Positions 54,131 to 64,000 of a stretch of DNA of 64,000 bases are shown here, in pieces. Source of the stretch: a bacterium. GTDB lineage: Bacteria > Myxococcota_A > UBA9160 > UBA6930. The notes under the pieces are model-generated. The model did not search any database. It was not told the DNA's origin and saw only the letters and a program-made list of their open reading frames with translations. A program made the position numbers and the translations under genes. Positions within the stretch are counted from its first letter, which is position 1, and the number at the start of each line of letters is the position of its first letter. The stretch covers positions 26,220-90,219 of the forward strand of contig JAAETT010000234.1 of the NCBI GenBank assembly GCA_024228115.1. Direction: 5' to 3'.

Positions 54131-56239
54131 TTAAGCCGCGGGGTCGATTGCCCCGTCGGTTTCGGTTTCAGGCATGCGCAAATAGGGTGCAACACCGGTC
54201 TCATCGACGGAAATGATCTTGCCTCGTTCGACACCCAGCAGGTTCGGCCGGCGAAGTGCGGACCCATCGCTACCCATCGAAAGAACGCCCGATGCCCCGA
54301 CAACTCCCTTCGCCTGGAGCATGCCGTTCAAGACGGCCTCCCGGCCATGGGAACCGCGGGTGATCTGCATGGCAACGAGGTGGGCGGCATCGAAGGCCTG
54401 GGCAGCGAGAACGCCCGGTTCCGCATCGTAAGTCGACACGAAGCGCCGGGTGAACTCGGCCGTGAAGGGATTCTCGCTCGCCGCATAGAAAGGAGCCGCA
54501 AACACGGCGCCGTTCACGTGTTGGCCGCCGATTTCCACGAGATCGGGGTGGTTCCAGCCCGCCGTTCCCAACAAACGAACACCGCGAACCTCATGGAAGG
54601 CCAGATGAGGCGCGATGAGGGCGACGTTTTCGTGGGCGTCGGGAATGTACAACGCCTCGAAATCCACGAAGGGCGGGAGCGGAGCACCATCCGGTGCCAC
54701 GAGTTCCGCGGCTTCGGCGCGAAGCTCCGCGGCCTCCTCGGGCGGGAGCCGCTTCGCACGCTTCCGCAATCGTCCGCGCTCAGCCAGAGCCTGCTGTTGG
54801 CCCCCGGTCAAGAACTCGAAACCGATCAAGCGCCGGATGGGATCCCGGAAATCCGTGGCGTCGGATGCGTAGCGGCCCACGCCCACGACCTGACCGCCAC
54901 GGGCTTCGACCGCATCCCAGAAGGCAGCGCGCTGGGCCCGCCCGGTCGGGTCGTCCGGATAGAGGATCGCGAACCGGCGCAGACCCAGGGTCTCTGCGGC
55001 GTAGGCCGCAACCCGCTCCACCTCGAGACGCGGCGTCGCACCGACGCGCAGAACATGAAGACCGAGCTCGGCCACGGACTCGCGGCGGGTCAGCGTGACG
55101 AGCGGCAACCCCCGCGCCTCGGCCAGGGGAGCGGCCGCTTCGGCCGAGGACGCGAGCAAGGGACCGATGCAGGCAATCACTTCGGAATTGGCCGCGAGCT
55201 CGGCCACACCGGCTGCGGCACGGTCCGCGTCTCCGCCACTATCGCGAACCAGGAGGCGAAGCGCTGAGGGCGCGGGGCGGCCGTCATCGAACAGCCCGGT
55301 GGCCATCAACACGCCCTGAAGGGCTTCTCGTCCAAACTCGGCATAGGGCCCGGAAAGGGGGAGCACCACACCGAGGGTTGCGGCTTCGTCAGGCAAGGCC
55401 CAGGTTCCGCTGCCGTCGGCCGGGTTCCAGCCGGAGAGTTCGTTGGATCCAGGCGTGTTGGCCCGTGCCAGGCGCGCCTTCAGATGCGCGAGGCGCCCGG
55501 CTTCGGGGGGTGTCAGGGGCAACCGTTCGGCTCGGGCGAACGCAGCCTGGGCTGCCGACCGGTTGCCCTCCGCCAGGGCGCGCTCGGCCCGGTAGAGCCA
55601 CAGCCGGCCAGCCGGCTGGCGACGGCCCAGGCTCTGGCCCGCCTGCTCCAGGCCTGGGCCATCGAGACCGGCGAGGAGTTCATCGATGCGCGCCTCGACC
55701 CGCGCCGTCTCCTCGGGCTCCTCCTGATCGGCGCGAACCCGGCCGAGCCAACGCAGCTCCCCATCGGAGTCGCCGCCCGCACGAGCAACGGCCGCTTTGA
55801 GGCGATGGGCGCGCCGTCTTCGCTCCGCATCCAGCAGGGAGATGCGGATGGCCTCGGCCGTGCGCGCTGCCGCCTCGGTCTCACCCGCGTCGAGTTCCAC
55901 GCCGGCCAGCTCCAACCGGATCGCATCGCTCTTGTCACCATTGGGGTGTTGCTGCACGGCCCACTCGAGATGGCGCCGGGCCTCGGCGGAGCGGCCCTCG
56001 GCGAGCGCGAGTTCGGCCAGACGCAGCGCCGCGTCATCCGCATACAGGCTGTTCGGGTTCGCCTGGAGGAACGTGCCAAGGGCATCCCGGCCGGCGACCT
56101 CGTCGCCCGCCAGCACGGCCAGGGCATCGAGGTAGGCGGCTCGACCGAGAGCGCCTCTGCGATCCAGTGGCGACTGACAACCGATCAGGAGCAGGGCGCC
56201 AAACAAGACCACCGCGCTGCCGAAGGCCCCCCGCCTCAA
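54131..56239 (-). CDS. lipoprotein with an N-terminal TPR-like region and a C-terminal type-1 periplasmic binding protein domain (LivK/LpoA-like)
   Basis: Lipobox LLLIGC. Helical Ala/Arg-rich repeats. PBP1-type core [21 protein letters not shown] ... [13 protein letters not shown]. The TTG start overlaps the dnaJ stop (TTGA). Confidence 0.55.
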   Translation of the reverse strand: MRRGAFGSAVVLFGALLLIGCQSPLDRRGALGRAAYLDALAVLAGDEVAGRDALGTFLQANPNSLYADDAALRLAELALAEGRSAEARRHLEWAVQQHPNGDKSDAIRLELAGVELDAGETEAAARTAEAIRISLLDAERRRRAHRLKAAVARAGGDSDGELRWLGRVRADQEEPEETARVEARIDELLAGLDGPGLEQAGQSLGRRQPAGRLWLYRAERALAEGNRSAAQAAFARAERLPLTPPEAGRLAHLKARLARANTPGSNELSGWNPADGSGTWALPDEAATLGVVLPLSGPYAEFGREALQGVLMATGLFDDGRPAPSALRLLVRDSGGDADRAAAGVAELAANSEVIACIGPLLASSAEAAAPLAEARGLPLVTLTRRESVAELGLHVLRVGATPRLEVERVAAYAAETLGLRRFAILYPDDPTGRAQRAAFWDAVEARGGQVVGVGRYASDATDFRDPIRRLIGFEFLTGGQQQALAERGRLRKRAKRLPPEEAAELRAEAAELVAPDGAPLPPFVDFEALYIPDAHENVALIAPHLAFHEVRGVRLLGTAGWNHPDLVEIGGQHVNGAVFAAPFYAASENPFTAEFTRRFVSTYDAEPGVLAAQAFDAAHLVAMQITRGSHGREAVLNGMLQAKGVVGASGVLSMGSDGSALRRPNLLGVERGKIISVDETGVAPYLRMPETETDGAIDPAA

Positions 56240-57351
56240 TCGAAGAGATCCCGGAGCTTGTCGAGGAAGCCCTTGGTAACGGGCGAAACATCGGTTCCGG
56301 TTTCTTCGGCGAATTGCTCGAGCAACTCCCGCTGTCGGCCGGTGAGCTTCGTCGGGACCTCGACGAAGACGCGCACCAATTGGTCGCCGCGGGCGCTTCC
56401 ATTGAGCGACGGAAGGCCCTTCCCCCGGAGGCGAAGGACCTTGCCGGGCTGGGTGCCTTCCGGAATCCGCATCTTCACCTTGCCCTCGAGGGTCGGCACT
56501 TCCACCTCGGTCCCGAGCGCAGCATGGACGAGCGGAACAGGAACTTCGCCGAGAAGGTCCGAGCCGTCACGCTCGAAGAAGGGATGCTCCGTCAAGTGCA
56601 CCACCACGTACAGATCGCCAGGCGAGCCACCGGAAATGCCGGCTTCACCTTCGCCGGCGACACGCAGACGCATGCCTTCCTCGATGCCGGCCGGGATCCG
56701 CACCTTGATCGTCTTCTGACCTTCGTTGCGCCCACTTCCCCGGCAATCGTTGCACGGATCGCGCACGACGAAGCCTTCGCCGCCACAGGCATCACAAGGC
56801 CGACTGATACGGAAGAGCCCTTGCTGGAAGATCGCCTGCCCCGTGCCCTGACAACGCCCGCAACGCTCCGGCTCGGAGCCCTCCTGGGCACCTGAACCGG
56901 TACAGGTTTCGCAGACCATCATCTTCGGGAGGTCGAGGGAAACCTCCTTGCCCTCGAGGACGTCGAGCAGATCGATCTCCAGGTTGTATCGGAGGTCGGC
57001 CCCTCGCTGCCCGCGACCCCGACCGCCGCGCCCGCCCATTCGCCCGCCGAAGAGATCACCGAACAGATCGTTGAACAGATCCCCGACATCCTGGAAGCCC
57101 CCGGGAAAGCCGCCAGGCCCCCCGGCTCCCATTCCCTGATGACCGAACTGGTCGTATTGGGAGCGCTTGGCGTCGTCGGACAAGACCGCGTAGGCCTCGG
57201 AGGATTCCTTGAAGCGCTCCTCTGCCGCAGCGTCATCGGGATTGCGATCCGGATGATTCTCCAGGGCGAGCTTGCGGTATGCGCTCTTGAGCTCTTCGCC
57301 CGAGGCGCCTCGAGAGACACCCAGCACCTCGTAGTAATCACGCTTGGCCAT
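56236..57351 (-). CDS. dnaJ: molecular chaperone DnaJ
   Basis: J domain DYYEVLGV...HPDRN, a G/F region, and four CxxCxGxG repeats ([32 protein letters not shown]). Confidence 0.95.
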   Translation of the reverse strand: MAKRDYYEVLGVSRGASGEELKSAYRKLALENHPDRNPDDAAAEERFKESSEAYAVLSDDAKRSQYDQFGHQGMGAGGPGGFPGGFQDVGDLFNDLFGDLFGGRMGGRGGRGRGQRGADLRYNLEIDLLDVLEGKEVSLDLPKMMVCETCTGSGAQEGSEPERCGRCQGTGQAIFQQGLFRISRPCDACGGEGFVVRDPCNDCRGSGRNEGQKTIKVRIPAGIEEGMRLRVAGEGEAGISGGSPGDLYVVVHLTEHPFFERDGSDLLGEVPVPLVHAALGTEVEVPTLEGKVKMRIPEGTQPGKVLRLRGKGLPSLNGSARGDQLVRVFVEVPTKLTGRQRELLEQFAEETGTDVSPVTKGFLDKLRDLFD

Positions 57352-57422
57352 GCGAGGGCGGGAAGATCGTCACTGTTGCCCGAAGGTCAAGCGCCCCCGC
57401 GGGGAACAGGACGTTCTTTCCG

Positions 57423-59258
57423 CTACTCTTCGTCTTCCTCTTCCTCGCCGAGGGTGGCGTAAAGCGTCTCGGTCATCTGGTAGGAAAGGGCCGACAGCTC
57501 GTCGATGGCGCTTTCCAGGGAGGCGACATCGTTGCCACCCAGCGCGGCACGGGTCTTCTCGACGGCGGCCTCGAGTGCCAGCCGGTCTTCCTCGGCAATG
57601 TGCTCGGCATATTCTTCGAGCGTCCGCTCGGTGCTGTAGGCAAGGCCGTCGGCCTTGTTCTCCAGGTCGACCATGCCGCGGCGCTCCTTGTCGGCATCGG
57701 CGTTCGCGTTGGCCTCGTCCACGAGTTGGTCGATCTCATCGGTGCTCAAACCCGATGAGGCCGTGACGCGGATCTGTTGACTCTTGCTCGTCCCGAGATC
57801 CTTCGCCGAAACACTCACGACGCCGTCCGTATCGATCTCGAAGCTGACCTCGATCTGCGGAACGCCCCGAGGCGCCGGCGGAACGCCAATCAGTTCGAAG
57901 CGGCCGAGGCTCTTGTTGTCCGCGGCCATCTCGCGCTCGCCCTGGAGCACGTGGATCCGCACGACGTTCTGGTTGTCCTCGGTCGTCGAGAACACCTGGC
58001 TCTTCTTCACGGGAATGGTGCTGTTCTTCTCGATGATCTTGGTGAACACAGCGCCCTGGGTCTCGACGCCCAGAGAGAGGGGCGTGACATCGAGGAGCAG
58101 TACGTCCTCGACCTCACCCTTCAACACGCCGGCCTGAATGGCAGCACCCGAGGAAACCACCTCATCCGGGTTCACGCCCTTGTGAGGCTTCTTGCCGAAG
58201 ATCTCCGCGACCTTCTCCTGGATGCGAGGCATGCGGGTCATGCCGCCCACCAGGATCACCTCATCGATCCCGTCCTTTGCGATTTCCGCATCCTCGACCG
58301 CGGTCTCGCAAGGCTCCACCAGGCGGTCGACGAGATCCGCCACCAACGCCTCGAGGCGCTCGCGGGTGACCGTCACGTTCAGATGCTTCGGCCCGGAATC
58401 ATCCGCCGCAATGAACGGCAGGTTCAAATCCGTCTCGGGCGAAGAGGAAAGCTCGTGCTTGGCACGTTCCGCGGCTTCCTTGAGCCGCTGCAACGCCATC
58501 TTGTCCTCACGGAGATCGATTCCCTCGGCCTCCTGGAAGCTCTCGATCAAGTAGTCGACGATGCGCTGATCGAAATCTTCGCCGCCCAGGTGGGTATCGC
58601 CGTTGGTGCTCTTCACCTCGAAGACACCGTCCCCGAGCTCGAGGATCGAGATATCGAAGGTACCACCGCCGAGGTCGAAGACTGCGACGATCTTGTCGTC
58701 GTCGCTCTCGTCACCGATGCCATAGGAAAGCGCCGCGGCGGTGGGCTCGTTGATGATGCGCAGGACGTTCAGTCCAGCGATCTTGCCCGCGTCCTTGGTG
58801 GCCTGGCGCTGGGCATCGTTGAAGTAGGCGGGAACCGTGATCACGGCATCCGTCACATCCTCACCGAGAAACTCGGCGGCGACCTCTTTCATCTTCCCGA
58901 GCACCATGGCCTGGATCTCGGGCGGCGAGCAGAGGCGATCGCCGATACGCAGCCAGGCATCGCCGTTCTCGGCGGCCTCGATATCAAAGGGTGCATGCTC
59001 GGCGAAGCGGGTGACCACTTCCGCATCGAACTTGCTCCCGATCAATCGCTTCACGGCATAGAGCGTCCGCACCGGATTCGTGACGGCCTGTCGCTTCGCC
59101 ACCTGCCCAACCAGGATTTCATCCTGTTCGGTAAAGGCAACCATGGAGGGCGTCGTGCGCGCACCCTCCGCATTGGGAATTACCTGCGGCTCGCCGCCCT
59201 CCATCAAGGAGACACACGAGTTGGTAGTTCCCAGGTCGATCCCAATGACCTTGCTCAT
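57423..59258 (-). CDS. dnaK: molecular chaperone DnaK (Hsp70)
   Basis: Start trimmed to [25 protein letters not shown] and an EEEDEE tail. Confidence 0.97.
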   Translation of the reverse strand: MSKVIGIDLGTTNSCVSLMEGGEPQVIPNAEGARTTPSMVAFTEQDEILVGQVAKRQAVTNPVRTLYAVKRLIGSKFDAEVVTRFAEHAPFDIEAAENGDAWLRIGDRLCSPPEIQAMVLGKMKEVAAEFLGEDVTDAVITVPAYFNDAQRQATKDAGKIAGLNVLRIINEPTAAALSYGIGDESDDDKIVAVFDLGGGTFDISILELGDGVFEVKSTNGDTHLGGEDFDQRIVDYLIESFQEAEGIDLREDKMALQRLKEAAERAKHELSSSPETDLNLPFIAADDSGPKHLNVTVTRERLEALVADLVDRLVEPCETAVEDAEIAKDGIDEVILVGGMTRMPRIQEKVAEIFGKKPHKGVNPDEVVSSGAAIQAGVLKGEVEDVLLLDVTPLSLGVETQGAVFTKIIEKNSTIPVKKSQVFSTTEDNQNVVRIHVLQGEREMAADNKSLGRFELIGVPPAPRGVPQIEVSFEIDTDGVVSVSAKDLGTSKSQQIRVTASSGLSTDEIDQLVDEANANADADKERRGMVDLENKADGLAYSTERTLEEYAEHIAEEDRLALEAAVEKTRAALGGNDVASLESAIDELSALSYQMTETLYATLGEEEEDEE

Positions 59259-59302
59259 CGAACGCCGCCCCTCCAGACCGGGCGACCCTCGAGCCACCCC
59301 GC

Positions 59303-59995
59303 CTACTCTTCGCTCTCGTCCTCGGGCTTTTCGGCCAGTTCGGCCTCGGGCTTTCGCGAAACTACGACCCGGGCAGGCCGAAGAAGCCGATCGCGGAGCT
59401 GATAGCCAGGCTGAAGCACCTGGAGAACCGTGCCTGCCTCGGCCTCTTCGCTCTCCGCCTGGGCCATGGCCTCATGCACATTCGGGTCGAAAGCCATCCC
59501 CTCTGCCTCTACAGGGGTGACCGCGTGCTGGGCGAGAGCCGTCAGGAGCTCCTTCCGGACCAGCTCGACACCCTGCAAGATGCTCTCGAAATCCCCGCGG
59601 CCACTGGATTTTGCGTGTTCGATGGCGCGCTCGAGATCGTCCACGGTGCCGAGGAGATCCCGTGCCAGCCCCTCGTGGCCATACGCGTGAGCGTCCTGTC
59701 GATCCCGGAGAGATCGACGGCGGAGATTCTCGAAATCGGCCTGCATCCGCAGGCCGGCCTCCTTCTGGCCCTCCAGCTCTTCGAGCACGCGCTCATGTGC
59801 TTCTCTCGGCACAGCGAACGCGGGCCCATCGCCCTTGGGCTGGTTGCGTTCTTCTTCTCGGGCTTCGACGGCCTCGGCCGCCTCGCGCAGCGCATCCTCG
59901 AGCTCGGCACTCGGCGCGAGGGTCCCCTCGGACGGCTCTTCGGTGAGGGCCTCCCAGCCTTCACTCCGCTCCTTGTCATCACCCACTTGACTCAT
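59303..59995 (-). CDS. grpE: nucleotide exchange factor GrpE
   Basis: Start trimmed to ATG 59995, an ATGA overlap with hrc[10 protein letters not shown] and a [23 protein letters not shown] tail. Confidence 0.9.
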   Translation of the reverse strand: MSQVGDDKERSEGWEALTEEPSEGTLAPSAELEDALREAAEAVEAREEERNQPKGDGPAFAVPREAHERVLEELEGQKEAGLRMQADFENLRRRSLRDRQDAHAYGHEGLARDLLGTVDDLERAIEHAKSSGRGDFESILQGVELVRKELLTALAQHAVTPVEAEGMAFDPNVHEAMAQAESEEAEAGTVLQVLQPGYQLRDRLLRPARVVVSRKPEAELAEKPEDESEE

Positions 59996-61128
59996 TGTGC
60001 TCCCACCCAGTCCGTCGCGAGACGCGACACACAATCCACCAGCGGTACCACCCGGGCGTAGTCGAGCCGGCTCGGACCGATGACACCGAGCGTACTGCGG
60101 TGCTCGCCCGTTCCATAGGGCGCCGCGACGACGACGCAGCCCTTCAGGGCCGGCTCCCCGGTATCATCACCAAACGCGATCGTCACGCCGTCATCCCGAA
60201 GAACGTGATCGATCACCTCGACGAGGCGCTCGTTCTCCTCGAGCGCGGCGTGGAGTGCGCGGACGCGCTCGACGTCATGGAACTCGGGTTGTTCGAGCAA
60301 TGCGAGCCAGGTGGCCACCAGCACCTCGCCTTCCTCTTCGGAGCCGGAGGCCGACCGACCGAGGCGCAAGGCGCGCTCGAGCAGCAGATCCGACTCTCCG
60401 CGTAGATCGTCCGCCTCTTCGAGTAGCCTGCGTCGGAGGGAAGGCAGCGTCTCCCCGACGATTCGCTCGTTCAGCGTGGCGGCCAGACGATCCAGGTGGG
60501 ATTGATCCCTCCGGCCGACCTGGTCGAAGATGCGTTGATAGGCCGCACCGTCGCTCGAGACGAGCACGCAGAGCACACGCTCGGAGGAGACACGAACGAA
60601 GCTCACATGCCGCATCACGGCGCGCTCCAGACGGGGTGCGAGGACGAAGCCCATCTGGCGAGTGCGTTGCGAAAGCAATCGTGAAATCCCGGTCGCCAGA
60701 CCCGGCGCCGCCTCCGATTCGAGCTGACCTGCAACGTCGCGCTCTTCGTAAGGGCCCAGGCCACGCGGCTCGAGCAATTGGTCCACGTAGACGCGGAAGC
60801 CATCGAGCGTCGGCATGCTTCCGGCAGAACGGTGCGGTTTGATGACGAGCGAAAGCTCGCCGAGTTCAGCAAGGGTCGTTCGCACACTCGCTGAAGAGAG
60901 CGCCACGGGCAGGAGGGCGGAAATCGTGTCCGAGGCCACCGGCGCGGCCTCTCCGACGTAGGACGAAACCACGACGTTCATCACCTGGCCCTGGCGACCC
61001 GAGAGAAGCGGGCCGTGCGGGGATTGCGTGTGCGGAAGATCGGACAGAACGAATCGCCCCTCGGGGTCCGTCCACGATTGCCCGTGGACCGGAAAACCCA
61101 ATGAAATCAGATAGCTGACCCATACCAT
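59992..61128 (-). CDS. hrcA: heat-inducible transcription repressor HrcA
   Basis: Winged-helix region ...VRTTLAELGELSLVIKPHRSAGSMPT and a C-terminal LGVIGPSRLDYARVVPLVD. The exact start is uncertain; the ATG 61128 ORF may carry about 35 extra residues. Confidence 0.85.
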   Translation of the reverse strand: MVWVSYLISLGFPVHGQSWTDPEGRFVLSDLPHTQSPHGPLLSGRQGQVMNVVVSSYVGEAAPVASDTISALLPVALSSASVRTTLAELGELSLVIKPHRSAGSMPTLDGFRVYVDQLLEPRGLGPYEERDVAGQLESEAAPGLATGISRLLSQRTRQMGFVLAPRLERAVMRHVSFVRVSSERVLCVLVSSDGAAYQRIFDQVGRRDQSHLDRLAATLNERIVGETLPSLRRRLLEEADDLRGESDLLLERALRLGRSASGSEEEGEVLVATWLALLEQPEFHDVERVRALHAALEENERLVEVIDHVLRDDGVTIAFGDDTGEPALKGCVVVAAPYGTGEHRSTLGVIGPSRLDYARVVPLVDCVSRLATDWVGAQ

Positions 61129-61155
61129 CGGCCCGTCGGAGCGTCAACGAAAGCC

Positions 61156-62328
61156 CTACACGAGTCGCTCGAATACCGTATCCGAGAGCAGCCAGCCCCG
61201 TAGGGTGAGCCGCCACGCGTCATCGACCTCCTCGAGCAATCCGGCCTCCCGAAGTTCCCGAAGCACCGGCCAGCAGACATCGGGCAGCAGGCCGAATTCC
61301 TCTTCGAAACCGTGCCGATTCAGACCCGGTCGGGTTCGGAGCCCAAGAAAACCCGCCTCGGCACGAGCCGCCCGCTCGGTCAGCACGTCGACCTCGGGTG
61401 GATGGGCGCCGCCGCCGCTCTCGATCCGGGCCAACCAGGCGGCCAACTGGCGCTCGTTGGCGCGGCGCGCCCCGAAGGGCGTGCCGGGGCCCGCCGCCTC
61501 GCTGGAATGAGCGCCAACGCCGATCCCCAAGACCGGCTCCCGACGCCAATAGCGCCGGTTGTGGCGGGCCTCGTATCCCGGCCGGGCGTAGTTGGAAATC
61601 TCGTATCGCTCCAGGCCGGCGGCTCCGAGATCCGCGGAAACGGCCTCCATCATGGCGGCTCCGGTTTCGTCATCCGGCGGCTCGAGCTGGCCGCGTGCCA
61701 CGGCGGTTGCGTAGGGTGTGCCCTCCTCCACCGTCAGCCCGTAGGCCGAAACATGCTCGGGCCGGTAGGCAAGCGCCGCGCGTACGTCCTCGCGCACCCC
61801 CTGGAGATCCTGGCCCGGCACGCCAAAGATCAGATCCAAGGATAGATCGGTGAAGCCCGCCTCACGGGCGGCCGCGAGCGTTCGGTGGGCCTCCTCCACC
61901 CGGTGGGCACGGCCCAGCCGATGCAGGCAGCCATCGTCGAAGGACTGCACGCCGATCGAGAGGCGATTCACACCGGCGTCTCGAAAGGCCGGCAACCGTT
62001 CGCGCTCGATGGTGCTCGGGTTGAGCTCGAGCGTGATCTCCAAGGGATCATCGCTCGGATTCCATTGCGCCCGGGTCGCATCGATCAGGCCTGCGATCGA
62101 CGCGGGTTGGAGCAGTGACGGCGTCCCGCCGCCGAAGTAGAGCGTCACGAGACGGCGCCCCGCATACGCGGGCGCCCGGGCACCGAGCTCCGCGTGGAGA
62201 GCCGCGACCAGGCGCGCCTCCTCGGCTGGATCCACGACACGCCGAGCGACGACCGCGAAATCACAGTAGGGACACACGCGCTCACAAAATGGCACGTGGA
62301 CGTAGACTCCGATGTCCTCCTGCGTCAC
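61156..62328 (-). CDS. hemW: radical SAM heme chaperone HemW (HemN-like, oxygen-independent coproporphyrinogen oxidase family)
   Basis: GVYVHVPFCERVCPYCDF (CxxxCxxC) and LYFGGGTPSLL motifs. In the classic position upstream of hrcA-grpE-dnaK-dnaJ. Confidence 0.85.
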   Translation of the reverse strand: MTQEDIGVYVHVPFCERVCPYCDFAVVARRVVDPAEEARLVAALHAELGARAPAYAGRRLVTLYFGGGTPSLLQPASIAGLIDATRAQWNPSDDPLEITLELNPSTIERERLPAFRDAGVNRLSIGVQSFDDGCLHRLGRAHRVEEAHRTLAAAREAGFTDLSLDLIFGVPGQDLQGVREDVRAALAYRPEHVSAYGLTVEEGTPYATAVARGQLEPPDDETGAAMMEAVSADLGAAGLERYEISNYARPGYEARHNRRYWRREPVLGIGVGAHSSEAAGPGTPFGARRANERQLAAWLARIESGGGAHPPEVDVLTERAARAEAGFLGLRTRPGLNRHGFEEEFGLLPDVCWPVLRELREAGLLEEVDDAWRLTLRGWLLSDTVFERLV

Positions 62329-62508
62329 GTTGCCATACTATCAGTCCACTCGGCGGGTTCTGCCTGCCGCAGGTAGGCTGGGAGGGCGGCAACGCCTCGC
62401 AACCGGGCGCGCACACTTCAGAGCGCTGCTACCGCCTGGCAGATACGACATCGGGTACGACGTCGGCCTCCTGGTGTGCCAGCGCTCGAGCCGTGCTACG
62501 CCCCGGCC

Positions 62509-63258
62509 ATGGCGCGCGTCCTCGTCCCGCTCCCGGATCTCGACTTCGACGTGACCGAAGTCGCTGTACCGTGGCGCCTCCTCACCGAGGCAGGGCACGA
62601 GGTCGTCTTTGCGACCGAAGAGGGCCGCGCTGCCGAAGCAGATCCCCTGCTTCTCACGGGCGTCCTCTTCGGCCAACTCGGCGCCGAGCCGGAAGCCCGC
62701 GCGTTCTACCGCGAGATGGAAACGGGGTCCGGCTTCCGGAATCCCCTGCGCTGGAAGGATCTCGCGATGCAGGAGTTCGATGCGCTCCTGCTTCCAGGCG
62801 GGCACGCGCCCGGCATGCGCCAATTCCTGGCAAGTGAGCTGCTCCAGGAGCGCGTCGCCAGCTTCTGCGGCCTCGCCCGCCCGATCGGAGCCATCTGCCA
62901 CGGTGTCCTCGTCCTGGCGCGAACGCGAGACCCGGCGACCGGCCGGAGCGTCCTGGCGTCACATCGTACGACCTGTCTGCCCCGCTACATGGAAGCCCTC
63001 GCCTACGCTCTCACCTTCTGGAAGCTCGGGCGTTACTACCGGACCTACCCTGCCTATGTCGAAGCCGAAGTTCGCGCGGCCCTCGATGATGCAGACGCGC
63101 AATTCGAGAGGGGCCCGATCACGATCGGAACCCGGGGGACCAACGAGGACGATTCCCCTGCATTCGTCGTCGAGGATGACCTGTATGTTTCCGCTCGGTG
63201 GCCCGGCGACGCCTACCTCTTCACGAAACGCTTGATGAAGCGACTGGAGCCAGGGTGA
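62509..63258 (+). CDS. DJ-1/PfpI-like (class I glutamine amidotransferase-like) protein
   Basis: Start trimmed to MARVLVPLPDLDFDVTEV. Nucleophile-elbow context LLLPGGHAPG ... IGAICHGVLVLA. Confidence 0.6.
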   Translation: MARVLVPLPDLDFDVTEVAVPWRLLTEAGHEVVFATEEGRAAEADPLLLTGVLFGQLGAEPEARAFYREMETGSGFRNPLRWKDLAMQEFDALLLPGGHAPGMRQFLASELLQERVASFCGLARPIGAICHGVLVLARTRDPATGRSVLASHRTTCLPRYMEALAYALTFWKLGRYYRTYPAYVEAEVRAALDDADAQFERGPITIGTRGTNEDDSPAFVVEDDLYVSARWPGDAYLFTKRLMKRLEPG

Positions 63259-64000
63259 GCCTTCCCCGACACGAACTCAACCAGGGCTTCGACTGGCATC
63301 CGATCCAGGGTCCATTCCGAACGCTCAGCCAGGCCCAGGCCGATCTCTACAACGAGAAGGGCTACTTCGTCATGGAGGACGTGATTCCCGCCGACGTCCT
63401 GGAACGCGTCGTTTCGGAGATCGACCCCTTCGAAGCGCAGACGGAAGCCTTCCTTCGTACATGCAAGGACGGCAAGCTCTTCATCGCGCGGTCCAACGAG
63501 ATCACCTTCACGACCCATCTCGTGACGAAGTCCGACACGCTCAGGAACTTCGTGAGTTCGGAGTTGTTCCGCGACATCGTGGCGGATGTGATTGGCCCCG
63601 ATGTCCGGCTCTACTGGGACCAGGCGGTGTACAAGAAGCCGGGCACCGCCGATCCCTTCCCCTGGCACCAGGACAATGGCTACACGTACATCGAGCCCCA
63701 GCAATATCTGACCTGCTGGGTGGCCTTGACCGACGCCACCCCGGAGAACGGCTGCCCGGAAGTCGCACCCGGCCTGCATCGCGAAGGGACCCTCGGCCAC
63801 GAGCTCACCGACCTCGGGTTCCGCTGCCTTTCTGACGAGCACGAGGGCCTGCCCGCGCCGGCTCGGGCAGGGAGCATCGTCGTCTTCTCCAGCCTGACGC
63901 CCCACCGAACCGGACCCAACCGCAGCGACGGAATCCGAAAGGCGTACATCGTCCAGTTCGCGCCGGACGGGGCTCGGCTCGTTGTCCAAAACGCCCAAGG
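63255..64000 (+). CDS. phytanoyl-CoA dioxygenase (PhyH) family Fe(II)/2-oxoglutarate oxygenase; the 3' end lies outside the window
   Basis: Absent from the track because it runs off the right edge. My translation from GTG 63255 (a GTGA overlap) reads VSLPRHELNQGFDWHPIQGPF...LYNEKGYFVMEDVIPADVLERV...FPWHQDNGY...GSIVVFSSLTPHRTGPNRS. The minus ORF 63213..63998 is its shadow. Confidence 0.75.
   Translation, partial: MSLPRHELNQGFDWHPIQGPFRTLSQAQADLYNEKGYFVMEDVIPADVLERVVSEIDPFEAQTEAFLRTCKDGKLFIARSNEITFTTHLVTKSDTLRNFVSSELFRDIVADVIGPDVRLYWDQAVYKKPGTADPFPWHQDNGYTYIEPQQYLTCWVALTDATPENGCPEVAPGLHREGTLGHELTDLGFRCLSDEHEGLPAPARAGSIVVFSSLTPHRTGPNRSDGIRKAYIVQFAPDGARLVVQNAQ

Noticed and set aside
57777-59402. 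541-aa + strand ORF
   Set aside because: It is antisense to dnaK.
63213-63998. 261-aa minus-strand ORF
   Set aside because: It is antisense to the PhyH-family gene, which has clear HxD-containing motifs and runs off the window.

Overview
GC-rich, densely coding bacterial chromosome segment with about 60 genes, of Gram-negative type (LpxD, Lnt and MreBCD/PBP2/RodA are present). No rRNA, tRNA or CRISPR array was seen. Most genes are housekeeping and sit in long same-strand strings. These are polA; lpxD-rnhB-truD-cysK-tetR-ACP; gmhA through a heme operon (hemX-like, hemA, hemC, cobA/hemD, hemB); trxA; mreBCD-mrdA-rodA; ppiD-like; a sigma-70 gene; folE; lexA; CIRCE-groESL; larBC; lnt; a chemosensory cluster (MCP-cheW-cheY-cheA-cheC-like); and thiL-lon plus the hemW-hrcA-grpE-dnaK-dnaJ heat-shock string. 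The accessory or unusual content is as follows. (1) A 70-aa stand-alone histone-fold protein (36094..36306), which I consider the most interesting object. (2) A 107-bp perfect hairpin palindrome between the divergent larB and lnt genes. (3) cheA is split exactly at an in-phase A AAA AAA heptamer. (4) The hemX/ccsA-like gene is split at a G8 run. (5) An IS3-family element with a 3-bp target duplication is inserted in a large secreted beta-propeller/CXXCH protein gene. (6) A roughly 330-bp MITE-like nested palindrome has a related 43-nt copy 9 kb away. (7) An in-frame amber codon lies in a rhodanese-like lipoprotein gene. Many long ORFs in the six-frame track are antisense or alternative-frame shadows typical of high-GC DNA and were not called. 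All functional calls rest on motif recognition by eye; no database search was possible. Lineage cannot be assigned from the window alone.
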